From Macrostomum hystrix (lineage: Eukaryota > Animalia > Platyhelminthes): DNA of 64,000 nt. Below, piece after piece: positions 34,931 through 46,875 of this stretch. Within the stretch, counting starts at the first letter, position 1. Each line of letters starts with the position of its first letter. The stretch is taken from assembly GCA_950097015.1 (NCBI GenBank), contig CATNEN010000039.1:5456001-5520000 (forward strand), in the 5' to 3' direction. The position numbers and the translations under genes were made by a program. Under the pieces are notes generated by a model. That model ran no database searches. It saw only the letters and a list, made by a program, of their open reading frames with translations, and was not told the DNA's origin.

Positions 34931-37900
34931 ATGATGGTTTACGGGCATCAGGCTTCTGCAGCGCAGGGCGCATATTTTGCTCAAAAGTAAGTGGATAGCT
35001 ATTTTTGAAACAAACTATTTTTTTTGCTTTAACTAGTTTTTTAATATAATTTGTACTAACTTAAAATAGGAAGCAAATTACTTGATGTACTTTTGAAGGT
35101 CATCACAGACATCGATTATGATTTTCTGATTCCATTTCAAGCACGGAATCAAATGTTTCATTTTATCTAACTATGATATCGTTATTTATAGTGTTTTTCT
35201 TCAACAAAACAACAGGCGATTTGCGGAAAAAAAGTTCGCTAAGCCCAGAGCCCAGACTATTTGCATTTCCAATAATTTACGACTTTACAGCCTTTCGTCT
35301 GTTGGGGTCCAGAGTCCAGACTATTTTTTGGTCCTTCTTAAAAAACTGCCGACACTCACACCCGCAGCCGTGGTGGCATTGGGTCGATCGGTCAGTAGCC
35401 CCACCCCTCAACCCCACCCAACCCGGACCAGACTGGTGGGAAGTGGGGACAATTGTTATTTGCACTTATTTAGTTTGGACTCTCAAAACAAGTGCAAGCC
35501 AGTCTTGCGGAGGGCGTTATGCGTCGCGCATTTCCGATCCACCACCTTAATTTATTAGCAATTTATCACTAGATAATTACAAAAAATCGCCTTCGTAATC
35601 GGTTAACCGAATTGACACATTTATGACCTATTGCTGAGCAAATTAGCGCTGCCCTATTTATTACTAGTCTCGCTCGAGGTGTGACCTTTGTTAAATTATA
35701 AAGAACAGCAGCTCATTAAAAAGTTCAAACCAAGGGTCAGCGTGCCGACGCAAATTTATGCGTAAAAGTGCTACTTTGAATTTAAACGCATCTTCAGACA
35801 GCTAATGCACGACCAGCACAGCTATCTAGCCGCTGCCTCTGCCCGACGCCTGCCCAGCGAAGCTGGACCGGCAGCGCAGCCTCCGCCACTGCTGCATCAG
35901 CAGCCACAGCAGCAGCTGCCACAGCTAACTCCAACACCACTTCTACAGCAGCAGTACCAGTATCAGCAGCAGCAGCACTATCAGCAACAGTACCAGATGC
36001 TCCAGCCACCACCGTTGCTTAAATTCCAAGGCGTCTGTGACGAGGCCAACTGTGGAAGCAGCTGCGATGGCAACGAGTGCAACGAGTGCGACGACTGCGA
36101 CATGGCCGCTGAGGACAGCAGCGCAGCCGAGAATGCCGGAGACGCTGCTGGCAGTGGCGGCGGCGGTGGCAGCGGCTTCCTCTATAGCCTGCTGACGGCG
36201 CAGGATGCGGCGGCTGTGCAGCAGTGCAGCGCTTTCCTAGGCGGCACCGTGGACCAGTTTCCCAGGCGATCCCAGTCGGTTTCCGTGCCTGCCAGGCGCG
36301 GGAGCGCCGTGCTGCCTTCAGCCACGCTGCAACCGTTTGCCGCTGCACATGGCTGCAGGCCGCAGCAGGCCGTCAGCAGACCATCGTCGGCGCCGCGGGG
36401 CCTTCGCGGTCCCTATGGCGGCGGCTCAGCGCCGGCCCTGACAGGAGCTGAGGAGCCGCTCGACCTCAGCGGTGGCCAGCAGGAACAGCAGCTGCAGCCA
36501 GAGTCCATTATTGAGCAGCAGCAGCTGATTCAGCAGCAGCATCAGCTGCAGCAGTTGCAGATGCTTCAGCAACAACAGCAGCAGCAGCCTATGCTGCGCA
36601 ATATGCTGAGCGTCGGCGCGCTCTACCAAATGCCACAGCTGTCGCCACAGCCGCCTGCGTTGCTACCGCAGGAGCAACAGCAGGAGGATCAGCAGCCGGT
36701 GCGCCTGGCCAAGAAGACGGTGCTGGTTGCCCAATCGCACGTGGCTGATTGGCTTAAAAAGGGCGCCGATTTGGTGCGCACAAATGGCGCCCTCTTTGGC
36801 ACCCTGGACAAAGCCGGGCGCGCCGACCTCCTGTGCCGCGCCTGGCCGCGGATTCTGCAGCTCTACATGCTGGAACACAATTTCCAGTTTGCCGTGTCGC
36901 CGGCTGCCACTCCGGCCGTTTCCGAGGCTTCGGATTCGATTGGAGACCGGAGCGCGGGGTTCAAGCGGCAGCCGACGCGGGTTTTCGCCGACGAGCTGCA
37001 GCGGCAGATTGCTGCGGCCGCTTTGCTGCCCTTCGACACCGTCACCTATAACCTACTGCGGCTGGCCGCCATCTTCACGCGTGAGTAATCGCTAGCGACA
37101 CTTAGCCAGGATATTTTGTTGGGGGCCCTGGGGGAATCAGATGCTGGGGGAGCGCCCACCATGGATTTGGGGAGCGCCACCATGGATTTGGGGAGCGCCA
37201 CCATGGATTTGGGGAGCGCCACCATGGATTTGGGGAGCGCCACCATGGATTTGGCGAGCGCCACCATGGATTTTTTGGGAGCGCCACCATGGATTTGGGG
37301 AGCGCCACCATGGATTTGGGGAGCGCCATCATGGATTTGGGGAGCGCCACCATGGAATAGGGGGAGCGCCACCATGGATTTCGGGAGCGCCACCATGGAT
37401 TTGGGGAGCGCCACCATGGATTTGGGGAGCGCCACCATGGATTTGGCGAGCGCCACCATGGATTTGGGGAGCGCCACCATGGATTTGGCGAGCGCCACCA
37501 TGGATTTTTTGGGAGCGCCACCATGGATTTGGGGAGCGCCACCATGGATTTGGCGAGCGCCACCATGGATTTGGCGAGCGCCACCATGGATTTGGGGAGC
37601 GCCACCATGGATTTGGGGAGCGCCACCATGGATTTTGGGAGCGCCACCATGGATTTGGGGAGCGCCACCATGGAATAGGGGGAGCGCCACCATGGATTTC
37701 GGGAGCGCCACCATGGATTTGGGGAGCGCCACCATGGATTTGGCGAGCGCCACCATGGATTTTTTGGGAGCGCCACCATCGATTTGGGGAGCGCCACCAT
37801 GGATTTGGCGAGCGCCACCATGGATTTGGCGAGCGCCACCATGGATTTGGGGAGCGCCACCATGGATTTGGGGAGCGCCACCATGGATTTTGGGGAGCGC

Positions 37901-40900
37901 CACCATGGATTTTGGGGAGCGCCACCATGGATTTGGGGAGCGCCACCATGGATTTGGGGAGCGCCACCATGGATTTTGGGAGCGCCACCATGGATTTGGG
38001 GAGCGCCACCATGGAATAGGGGGAGCGCCACCATGGATTTCGGGAGCGCCACCATGGATTTGGGGAGCGCCACCATGGATTTGGGGAGCGCCACCATGGA
38101 TTTGGCGAGCGCCACCATGGATTTGGGGAGCGCCACCATGGATTTGGCGAGCGCCACCATGGATTTTTTGGGAGCGCCACCATGGATTTGGGGAGCGCCA
38201 CCATGGATTTGGGGAGCGCCACCATGGATTTGGCGAGCGCCACCATGGATTTGGGGAGCGCCACCATGGATTTGGGGAGCGCCACCATGGATTTTGGGAG
38301 CGCCACCATGGATTTGGGGAGCGCCACCATGGAATAGGGGGAGCGCCACCATGGATTTCGGGAGCGCCACCATGGATTTGGGGAGCGCCACCATGGATTT
38401 GGCGAGCGCCACCATGGATTTTTTGGGAGCGCCACCATGGATGGATTTGGGGAGCGCCACCATGGATTTTGGGAGCGCCACCATGGATTTGGGGAGCGCC
38501 ACCATGGATTTGGCGAGCGCCACCATGGATTTGGCGAGCGCCACCATGGATTTGGGGAGCGCCACCATGGAATAGGGGGAGTTCCACCATGGATTTGGGG
38601 AGCGCCACCATGGATTTGGGGAGCGCCACCATGGATTTGGGGAGCGCCACCATGGATTTGGCGAGCGCCACCATGGATTTGGCGAGCGCCACCATGGATT
38701 TGGGGAGCGCCACCATGGAATAGGGGGAGCGCCACCATGGATTTGGGGAGCGCCACCATGGATTTGGGGAGCGCCACCATGGATTTGGCGAGCGCCACCA
38801 TGGATTTTTTGGGAGCGCCACCATGGATTTGGGGAGCGCCACCATGGATTTGGGGAGCGCCACCATGGATTTGGCGAGCGCCACCATGGATTTGGCGAGC
38901 GCCACCATGGATTTTTTGGGAGCGCCACCATGGATTTGGGGAGCGCCACCATGGATTTGGCGAGCGCCACCATGGATTTGGCGAGCGCCACCATGGATTT
39001 GGGGAGCGCCACCATGGATTTGGGGAGCGCCACCATGGATTTTGGGAGCGCCACCATGGACTTGGCGAGCGCCACCATGGATTTTTTGGGAGCGCCACCA
39101 TGGATGGATTTGGGGAGGACCACCATGGAATAGGGCGAGCGCCACCATGGATTTGGCGAGCGCCACCATGGATTTGGCGAGCGCCACCATGGATTTGGGG
39201 AGCGCCACCATGGAATAGGGGGAGCGCCACCATGGATTTGGGGAGCGCCACCATGGAATAGGGGGAGCGCCACCATGGATTTGGGGAGCGCCACCATGGA
39301 TTTGGGGAGCGCCACCATGGATTTTGGGAGCGCCACCATGGATTTGGGGAGCGCCACCATGGAATAGGGGGAGCGCCACCATGGATTTCGGGAGCGCCAC
39401 CATGGATTTGGGGAGGACCACCATGGAATAGGGGGAGCGCCACCACGATGTTCATCCGGTTAATGTGGGAGCATAAAGTTCTATCATGAAGTATACTTCA
39501 GGTTCTATCATGAAGTCTACTTCAGGTTCTATCATGAAGTATACTTCAGGTTCTATCATGAAGTATACTTCAGGTTCTATAATGAAGTATACTTCAGGTT
39601 CTATCATGAAGTCTACTTCAGGTTCTATCATGAAGTATACTTCAGGTTCTATCATGAAGTATACTTCAGGTTCTATCATGAAGTCTACTTCAGGTTCTAT
39701 CATGAAGTATACTTCAGGTTCTATCATGAAGTATACTTCAGGTTCTATCATGAAGTCTACTTCAGTTTCCATTCTTCAGGCCCTAAACAGAAATTACTAA
39801 AGGGTTATCTTCGACTAAGCATATTGACTGATCCACAAGCATCCCTAAAATGTTTAATTTGTTTCCTTAGGTTGTTTTATATTTAAAAGTTGCTGCACTA
39901 GAAGGCATGGCTTGTGTGTGGGCGTTGGTCACGCGGTGCTTATTTTGGTCTATTAATTACTTACAATATCCTAGATACAAATCTTGCCCACAGATCTTGC
40001 ACTTCCGTTATGCTACACTTGTAGAAGCGAGGAGACACTAAATGAAATGTCTGTAACGCGTTCCAAAGCTCTTTAAATATTGTGAGCGGGTTAGGTTATT
40101 GCGACGCAGACTCTAATGTGCTTGTGCACTGCATGTCTGCCATTTGTTCCCCACTCAAAATTTACTCTGTATAGTTACCATTCAAGGCTAACTAAAGCGC
40201 ACACAGCTTGGCAATCGCTTTGAGAGCGAAATGTTATTTCTAAGGCGTATGTAGCCAGTATGCTCTTTATTGTCTTGTCATTGTCTGAACCTCTTCAGAG
40301 ATTGCACGCCGGTTACTTACTGGGCCGACTAAAGAGGGTCGGTACTAGAAATTCAGGATCCCTGCTAAGAGCATGTGGGGTGAGGCTCAGTTCCAGAAGT
40401 GCTAATGCCCTATCTGCAGTCGAAGCTGCAGTGCCAGATTGGCCAGGTAGTCACACACATGTTTCTGGCGGAGGTTGGTACACTTTCTTATTTGCCCAAC
40501 AGGCAGAGGTCGGGTCCAGGGCGGAATTTGGGCTGTATAGTTCAGCGCTGCTTGTCCACCGCCCCAGCAATTTGGTTGTGCACTGCAACTGCAGCACGGC
40601 TGACTGACTCATCGCTGTGCACTCACTCCGCGCACAGAAATGCAATTTAAAAGGGCCACGCATTATTATGCATTGCGCACACAGTACGGGGGGGTGCTGT
40701 GGGACGGCACATATTTCTAAGGGTCGGTTTGGACCGGGCTTGTGACCTGCGTTTGAACTCTGCATGAACTTTTCTAATGAGGCAAGATAGAACGAAGAGT
40801 GAGAGAAGGAGAAGAGGAAGGCAGGCAGGAATCCAAGCAATGCGTTGCCCCGGTGTTGGCAAGCCAACGGCAAGCCACCCCAACCCGCAGCGGTAGCTTT

Positions 40901-41702
40901 TAGCTAGTCTGCTTCGATATACGGGTTACAAATATGCGTATACTAAGTTCTTGGCATCACACTTTGCACTCGTGGTCGACGCTTGGGGCTTAAACTTTTC
41001 CGGTCTGCTGAGAAATTTTTATCTGACGTAAAAGTGTGTTATAAGTAATGCGGCTTTATCAACAGCTGGCAGCGCATGGGGCAGTTGCGTGCGTCCCTGC
41101 GGTCCACTCTTCGATTTCTGCGACCTCATGCGATTTTGGGGCCGATCCACTTTGTACAGTCCTTTTATGCGGCTGTTTGAGACGACTCTTTGAGTCGATT
41201 ATTTTGAATAACTTTATAGGGGAGGATTTCCTAGAAATTCGTAATTGCTTTTGTCAGCCAAGTCGAGAAAAAATTCAATCACGTTGAGAATCCCCATTCA
41301 CTGCAGTAGCAGCCACTGCCATAGAACTACCCTCGACCATAGATAAAAAGCCAAACAAGGAGAATTGCAAGCTGCACTCTCCTATGGCCATAGACTATAA
41401 TAAATTATGCTCTTCTCTCAATTCTCTGTCGTCTCACCAGCTCAGCTCTAATCAGCTCGCAACTTTTCTGTTTTCCAGCGGACCCGACTCGACCAGACGC
41501 TCCAGCCTTGGCCGAGGTCCAGTCGGAGATCGTGAAGCACATCTACCATCACCTGAGCGTCAAGGGCATGGCGCAGCACTTCAAGGAGGCCCAGGCTCTG
41601 CTAGAAGCGGTGTCCATCACAGACAAGGCCCGCCTGGAGATTCTGTTCTGCAGCCACCTCAGCTCCAGCGTCGACGAGTACATTAGAAGCCAGTTGGGTT
41701 GA
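34931..41702 (+). CDS. Atypical nuclear receptor lacking a zinc-finger DBD (NR0B/DAX-1/SHP-like), about 520 aa, 3 coding exons
   Basis: Exons 34931-34986, 35798-37080 and 41479-41702, GT-AG, phases 2 and 1, total 1563 nt. LBD signature WLKKGADLVRTNGALFGTLDKAGRADLLCRAWPRILQLYMLEHNFQF, then YNLLRLAAIFTP|D and a helix 11/12-like LEILFCSHLSSSVDEYIRSQLG*. The N-terminus has a GSGFLYSLLT LxxLL box and no C4 zinc fingers. Confidence 0.8.
37150..39446. repeat. 21-bp minisatellite (about 109 copies) in intron 2 of the NR0B-like gene
   Basis: Unit ATGGATTTGGGGAGCGCCACC with recurring variants (GGCGAG, TTTTTTGGG, GAATAGGGGG). Confidence 0.97.
39478..39767. repeat. 24-bp minisatellite (12 copies) with an internal 14-bp palindrome
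   Basis: Unit GTTCTATCATGAAGTATACTTCAG. TGAAGTATACTTCA is self-complementary. Confidence 0.95.
40743..40770 (-). promoter_or_regulatory. Putative nuclear-receptor response element: three RGKTCA half-sites spaced DR5-DR5
   Basis: The + strand reads TGACCT gcgtt TGAACT ctgca TGAACT, i.e. AGTTCA n5 AGTTCA n5 AGGTCA on the minus strand. Confidence 0.55.
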
Positions 41703-42699
41703 AATTTATGAGAACTGCAACGCACTTAGTTCTGGCCAGTTTATCACAGAATAATGCAAAAACGAACTATATGAAACAAAGACTGATAATGACTAACAAA
41801 ACTTTACTATTTACAGTACTTGCATTGTCCAAGAGTAACCAGTCGCTGCTTTTTGTTGTCTAATCTCTGTCCGTATCTATGTTCCGTCTTTGTAGCACAA
41901 CATCTGTTAGTTATTTCTTAATTTGTTTGTTTGTTTGTTTGTTTATATTTATTTATTTTGTTATTCGAAACTACATTTCGAGCCAGGTTCTCGGATTAGC
42001 GAGTAATAAATCTGGAATTTCATTAACCCGTTGCCCAGAGATTGACTCATGACCAACTCTCAGCTTACAAGCTAAAATAGTTTGCAAATTCATCTGCCCA
42101 GTCTACTGCCGCAATGTCTGCGGGAGGATCCAATCTTCCCTCCTATATTTATGTTTTCGTTTCATTGTTGTTTTTGTCGGATACATTGTTTGAAAAGAAA
42201 TTAGTCCCGCATTATGTCCTGCATAACAGGCAAATTTTCAAATGTGTTTCTGCACTCTGAAATCGCTTGAATTTTTGTCATATCCACGTGTTTTTTAGTG
42301 ATTGTGTTTTTCTTCATTTCCTGTTCGTTCCACACAAACTCAACCCGCATTGTAGGTCGCATTGTCTTTAATGACAAGTGAATGCATGCAGTTTAAAACT
42401 GTACATTCTGGTAGCAATCAAAACCCGGCTTAATTCATTACTGGAACACTTTAAACCGGTACCGAGCCCCAATGTTTTACTCAGTGTCAATTCGCTTGTC
42501 GTCCACAATTCGCTCACATTTTACTCAGCATATCCCACAGGCCAGTTATTTTGTCTGTGACCATTGTCTATTACCGCTGTCTGTTGCTTAATTAATATAT
42601 TCCCGTATTTTGTCACGCTGCTTCAGCTTCTCAACTGTGAAAGTCTTTGGGTTGTCCTTCCGTGTCCAAATCTTATGGCCCGCCACTTATCCTGAAATA

Positions 42700-43830
42700 T
42701 GATCTCCAACTCAATCTGATCCCCAACTCAATCTGATCCCCAACTCAATCTGATCCCCAACTCAATCTGATCCCCAACTCAATCTGATCCCCAACTCAAT
42801 CTGATCCCCAACTCAAACTGATCCCCAACTCAAACTGATCCCCAACTCAATCTGATCCCCAACTCAATCTGATCCCCAACTCAATCTGATCCCCAACTCA
42901 ATCTGATCCCCAACTCAAACTAATACCCAACACAATCTGATCCCCAACTCAATCTGATCCCCAACTCAAACTGATCCCCAACTCAAACTGATCCCCAACT
43001 CAAACTAATCCCCAACTCAAACTAATCCCCAACTCAAACTAATCCCCAACTCAAACTAATCCCCAACTCAAACTAATCCCCAACTCAATCCGATCCCAAC
43101 TCAATCTGATCCCCAACTCAATCTGATTCCCGACCCAATCTGATCCCCAACTTGAACTAATACCCACCTCAATCTTATCCTCAACTCAATCTGATTCCCG
43201 ACCCAATCTGATCCCCAACTTGAACTAATACCCACCTCAATCTTATCCTCAACTCAATCTGATTCCCGACCCAATCTGATCCCCAACTTGAACTTATCCC
43301 CAACTCAATCCGATCCCAACTCAATCTGATTCCCGACCCAATCTGATCCCCAACTTGAACTAATACCCACGTCAATCTTATCCTCAACTTAATCTGATTC
43401 CCGACCCAATCTGATCCCCAACTTGAACTTATCCCCAACTCAATCCGATCCCAACTCAATCTGATCCCCAACTCAATCTGATTCCCGACCCAATCTGATC
43501 CCCAACTTGAACTAATACCCACGTCAATCTTATCCCCAACTCAATCTGATTCCCGACCCAATCTGATCCCCAACTCAAACTGATCCCCAACTCAAACTGA
43601 TCCTCAACTCAAACTGATCCCCAACTCAAACTTATCCCCAACTCAATCCGATCCCAACTCAATCTGATCCCCAACTCAATCTGATTCCCGACCCAATCTG
43701 ATCCCCAACTTGAACTAATACCCAACTCAATCTTATCCTCAACTTAAACTAATCCCCAACTCAACCTGATCCCCAACTCAACCTGATCCCCAACTCAATC
43801 TGATCCTCAACTCCACCTGATCCCTAACTC
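42700..43830. repeat. 17-bp minisatellite with higher-order variant blocks
   Basis: Unit TGATCCCCAACTCAATC, with multi-monomer variant blocks at about 43090-43740. Confidence 0.94.
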
Positions 43831-44049
43831 AATATTTTCCTATTTATCCCAATTTGTGGTTATCTAATGGGATAAAGACTTGAAAAATGAACTTTTTGAG
43901 ATATAAACTGTTCAAGTCAATAAATAGTTTCTACAGTTATCCCACCAATGACTGTGCAAGAGTTTAACAAAGCTTCTTTTGGTGGAAATTGAGACAATCC
44001 AATCCACCCTGAGCAACTCCGCGCAGCTGCCCGTTTTCATTAGTTTTTT

Positions 44050-44120
44050 GCTTGTTTGTTTGTTTGCTTGTTTGTTTGTTTGTTTGTTTGTTTGTTTGTT
44101 TGTTTGTTTGTTTGTTTGTT
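44050..44120. repeat. (TTTG)n microsatellite
   Basis: Direct reading. Confidence 0.95.
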
Positions 44121-44674
44121 ACGCAAACGGCATCAGCTATTTTATTTCTATAATTGAATCATGCAAGACAGATTATTCAGCTTGTTGATTGTTGTTTTTC
44201 CGATAATAATAATTAATATTGTAGATGTGTGTTCACACACAGCACACAACACTCGCTTTGTGTGTATGATTTTCCGATGCTTTGGTGTCCTCAGCAGCTA
44301 ACAGTAAACAAAAGTGGCGATTCCTTTGTTTTTTCTTCAATATTAGCAGCTGGGGTTGCTTGCGAAACGTAGTTACAATCAAGGGTAAAATTAATTTTGG
44401 ACGAAGCCGAAAATATTTAATCACAGAGAATAGACTCAGTATCTGGCATTTGAAACAGTCCCATTTTCGCTTTCTAGCTCCTGAATTTATGAAACTACAT
44501 TCTTTACGTATAAATAATTTCCTTATGTAGATTTCAAAACTACGTTATTTATTTTTCCTTCTTTAATTCTCCACATTTTTATCCCATTCACGCCTGCCCT
44601 CTTCCCACTCATCGATTCACCTAAATTATCTTTAAATTCACACCTGTTCTCTCCCCCCTTATCAAATCAATTTA

Positions 44675-46875
44675 TTTCTATTCCCACTCACACATTTCCT
44701 CTTCCAGTCATCAACTCCCTTATTTATATTCCCACTCACACATTTCCTCTTCCTCCTCATCAAGTCCCTAATTTCTATTCCCACGTACACATTTCCTCTT
44801 CCTCCTCATCAAATCACCTCATTTATATTCCCACTCACACATTTCCTCTTCCTCCTCATCAAGTCCCTCATTTCTATTCCCACTTACACATTTCCTCTTC
44901 CTCCTCATCAAATCACCTCATTTCTATTCCCACTCACACATTTCCTCTTCCTCCTCATCAAATCACCTCATTTCTATTCCCACTTACACATTTCCTCTTC
45001 CTCCTCATCAAGTCCCTCATTTCTATTCCCACTTACACATTTCCTCTTCCTCCTCATCAAATCACCTCATTTCTATTCCCACTCACACATTTCCTCTTCC
45101 TCCTCATCAAATCACCTCATTTCTATTCCCACTCACACATTTCCTCTTCCTCCTCATCAAATCACCTCATTTCTATTCCCACTTACACATTTCCTCTTCC
45201 TCCTCATCGAATCACCTCATTTCTATTCCCACTCACACATTTCCTCTTCCTCCTCATCGAATCACCTCATTTCTATTCCCACTTACACATTTCCTCTTCC
45301 TCCTCATCAAATCACCTCATTTCTATTCCCACTCACACATTTCCTCTTCCTCCTCATCAAATCACCTCATTTCTATTCCCACTTACACATTTCCTCTTCC
45401 TCCTCATCAAATCACCTCATTTCTATTCCCACTCACACATTTCCTCTTCCTCCTCATCAAATCACCTCATTTCTATTCCCACTCACACATTTCCTCTTCC
45501 TCCTCATCAAGTCCCTCATTTCTATTCCCACTTACACATTTCCTCTTCCTCCTCATCGAATCACCTCATTTCTATTCCCACTTAGACATTTCCTCTTCCT
45601 CCTCATCAAATCACCTCATTTCTATTCCCACTCACACATTTCCTCTTCCTCCTCATCGAATCACCTCATTTCTATTCCCATTCTCATCAAATCACCTCAT
45701 TTCTATTCCCACTTACACATTTCCTCTTCCTCCTCATCAAATCACCTCATTTCTATTCCCACTCACACATTTCCTCTTCCTCCTCATCAAATCACCTCAT
45801 TTCTATTCCCACTCACACATTTCCTCTTCCTCCTCATCAAATCACCTCATTTCTATTCCCACTCACACATTTCCTCTTCCTCCTCATCAAATCACCTCAT
45901 TTCTATTCCCACTCACACATTTCCTCTTCCTCCTCATCGAATCACCTCATTTCTATTCCCACTCACACATTTCCTCTTCCTCCTCATCGAATCACCTCAT
46001 TTCTATTCCCACTCACACATTTCCTCTTCCTCCTCATCAAATCACCTCATTTCTATTCCCACTCACACATTTCCTCTTCCTCCTCATCGAATCACCTCAT
46101 TTCTATTCCCATTCTCATCAAATCACCTCATTTCTATTCCCACTCACACATTTCCTCTTCCTCCTCATCAAATCACCTCATTTCTATTCCCACTTACACA
46201 TTTCCTCTTCCTCCTCATCAAATCACCTCATTTCTATTCCCACTCACACATTTCCTCTTCCTCCTCATCAAATCACCTCATTTCTATTCCCACTTACACA
46301 TTTCCTCTTCCTCCTCATCAAATCACCTCATTTCTATTCCCACTTACACATTTCCTCTTCCTCCTCATCAAATCACCTCATTTCTATTCCCACTCACACA
46401 TTTCCTCTTCCTCCTCATCAAATCACCTCATTTCTATTCCCACTCACACATTTCCTCTTCCTCCTCATCAAATCACCTCATTTCTATTCCCACTCACACA
46501 TTTCCTCTTCCTCCTCATCAAATCACCTCATTTCTATTCCCACTCACACATTTCCTCTTCCTCCTCATCAAATCACCTCATTTCTATTCCCACTTACACA
46601 TTTCCTCTTCCTCCTCATCAAATCACCTCATTTCTATTCCCACTCACACATTTCCTCTTCCTCCTCATCAAATCACCTCATTTCTATTCCCACTTACACA
46701 TTTCCTCTTCCTCCTCATCAAATCACCTCATTTCTATTCCCACTTACACATTTCCTCTTCCTCCTCATCAAGTCACCTCATTTCTATTCCCACTTACACA
46801 TTTCCTCTTCCTCCTCATCAAATCACCTCATTTCTATTCCCATTCTCATCAAATCACCTCATTTCTATTCCCATT
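44675..46875. repeat. 50-bp minisatellite (about 44 copies), nearly G-free on the + strand
   Basis: Unit ATTTCTATTCCCACTCACACATTTCCTCTTCCTCCTCATCAAATCACCTC. Confidence 0.97.

Noticed and set aside
37046-39455. ORFs of 500-790 aa on both strands
   Set aside because: Translations of the 21-bp intronic minisatellite.
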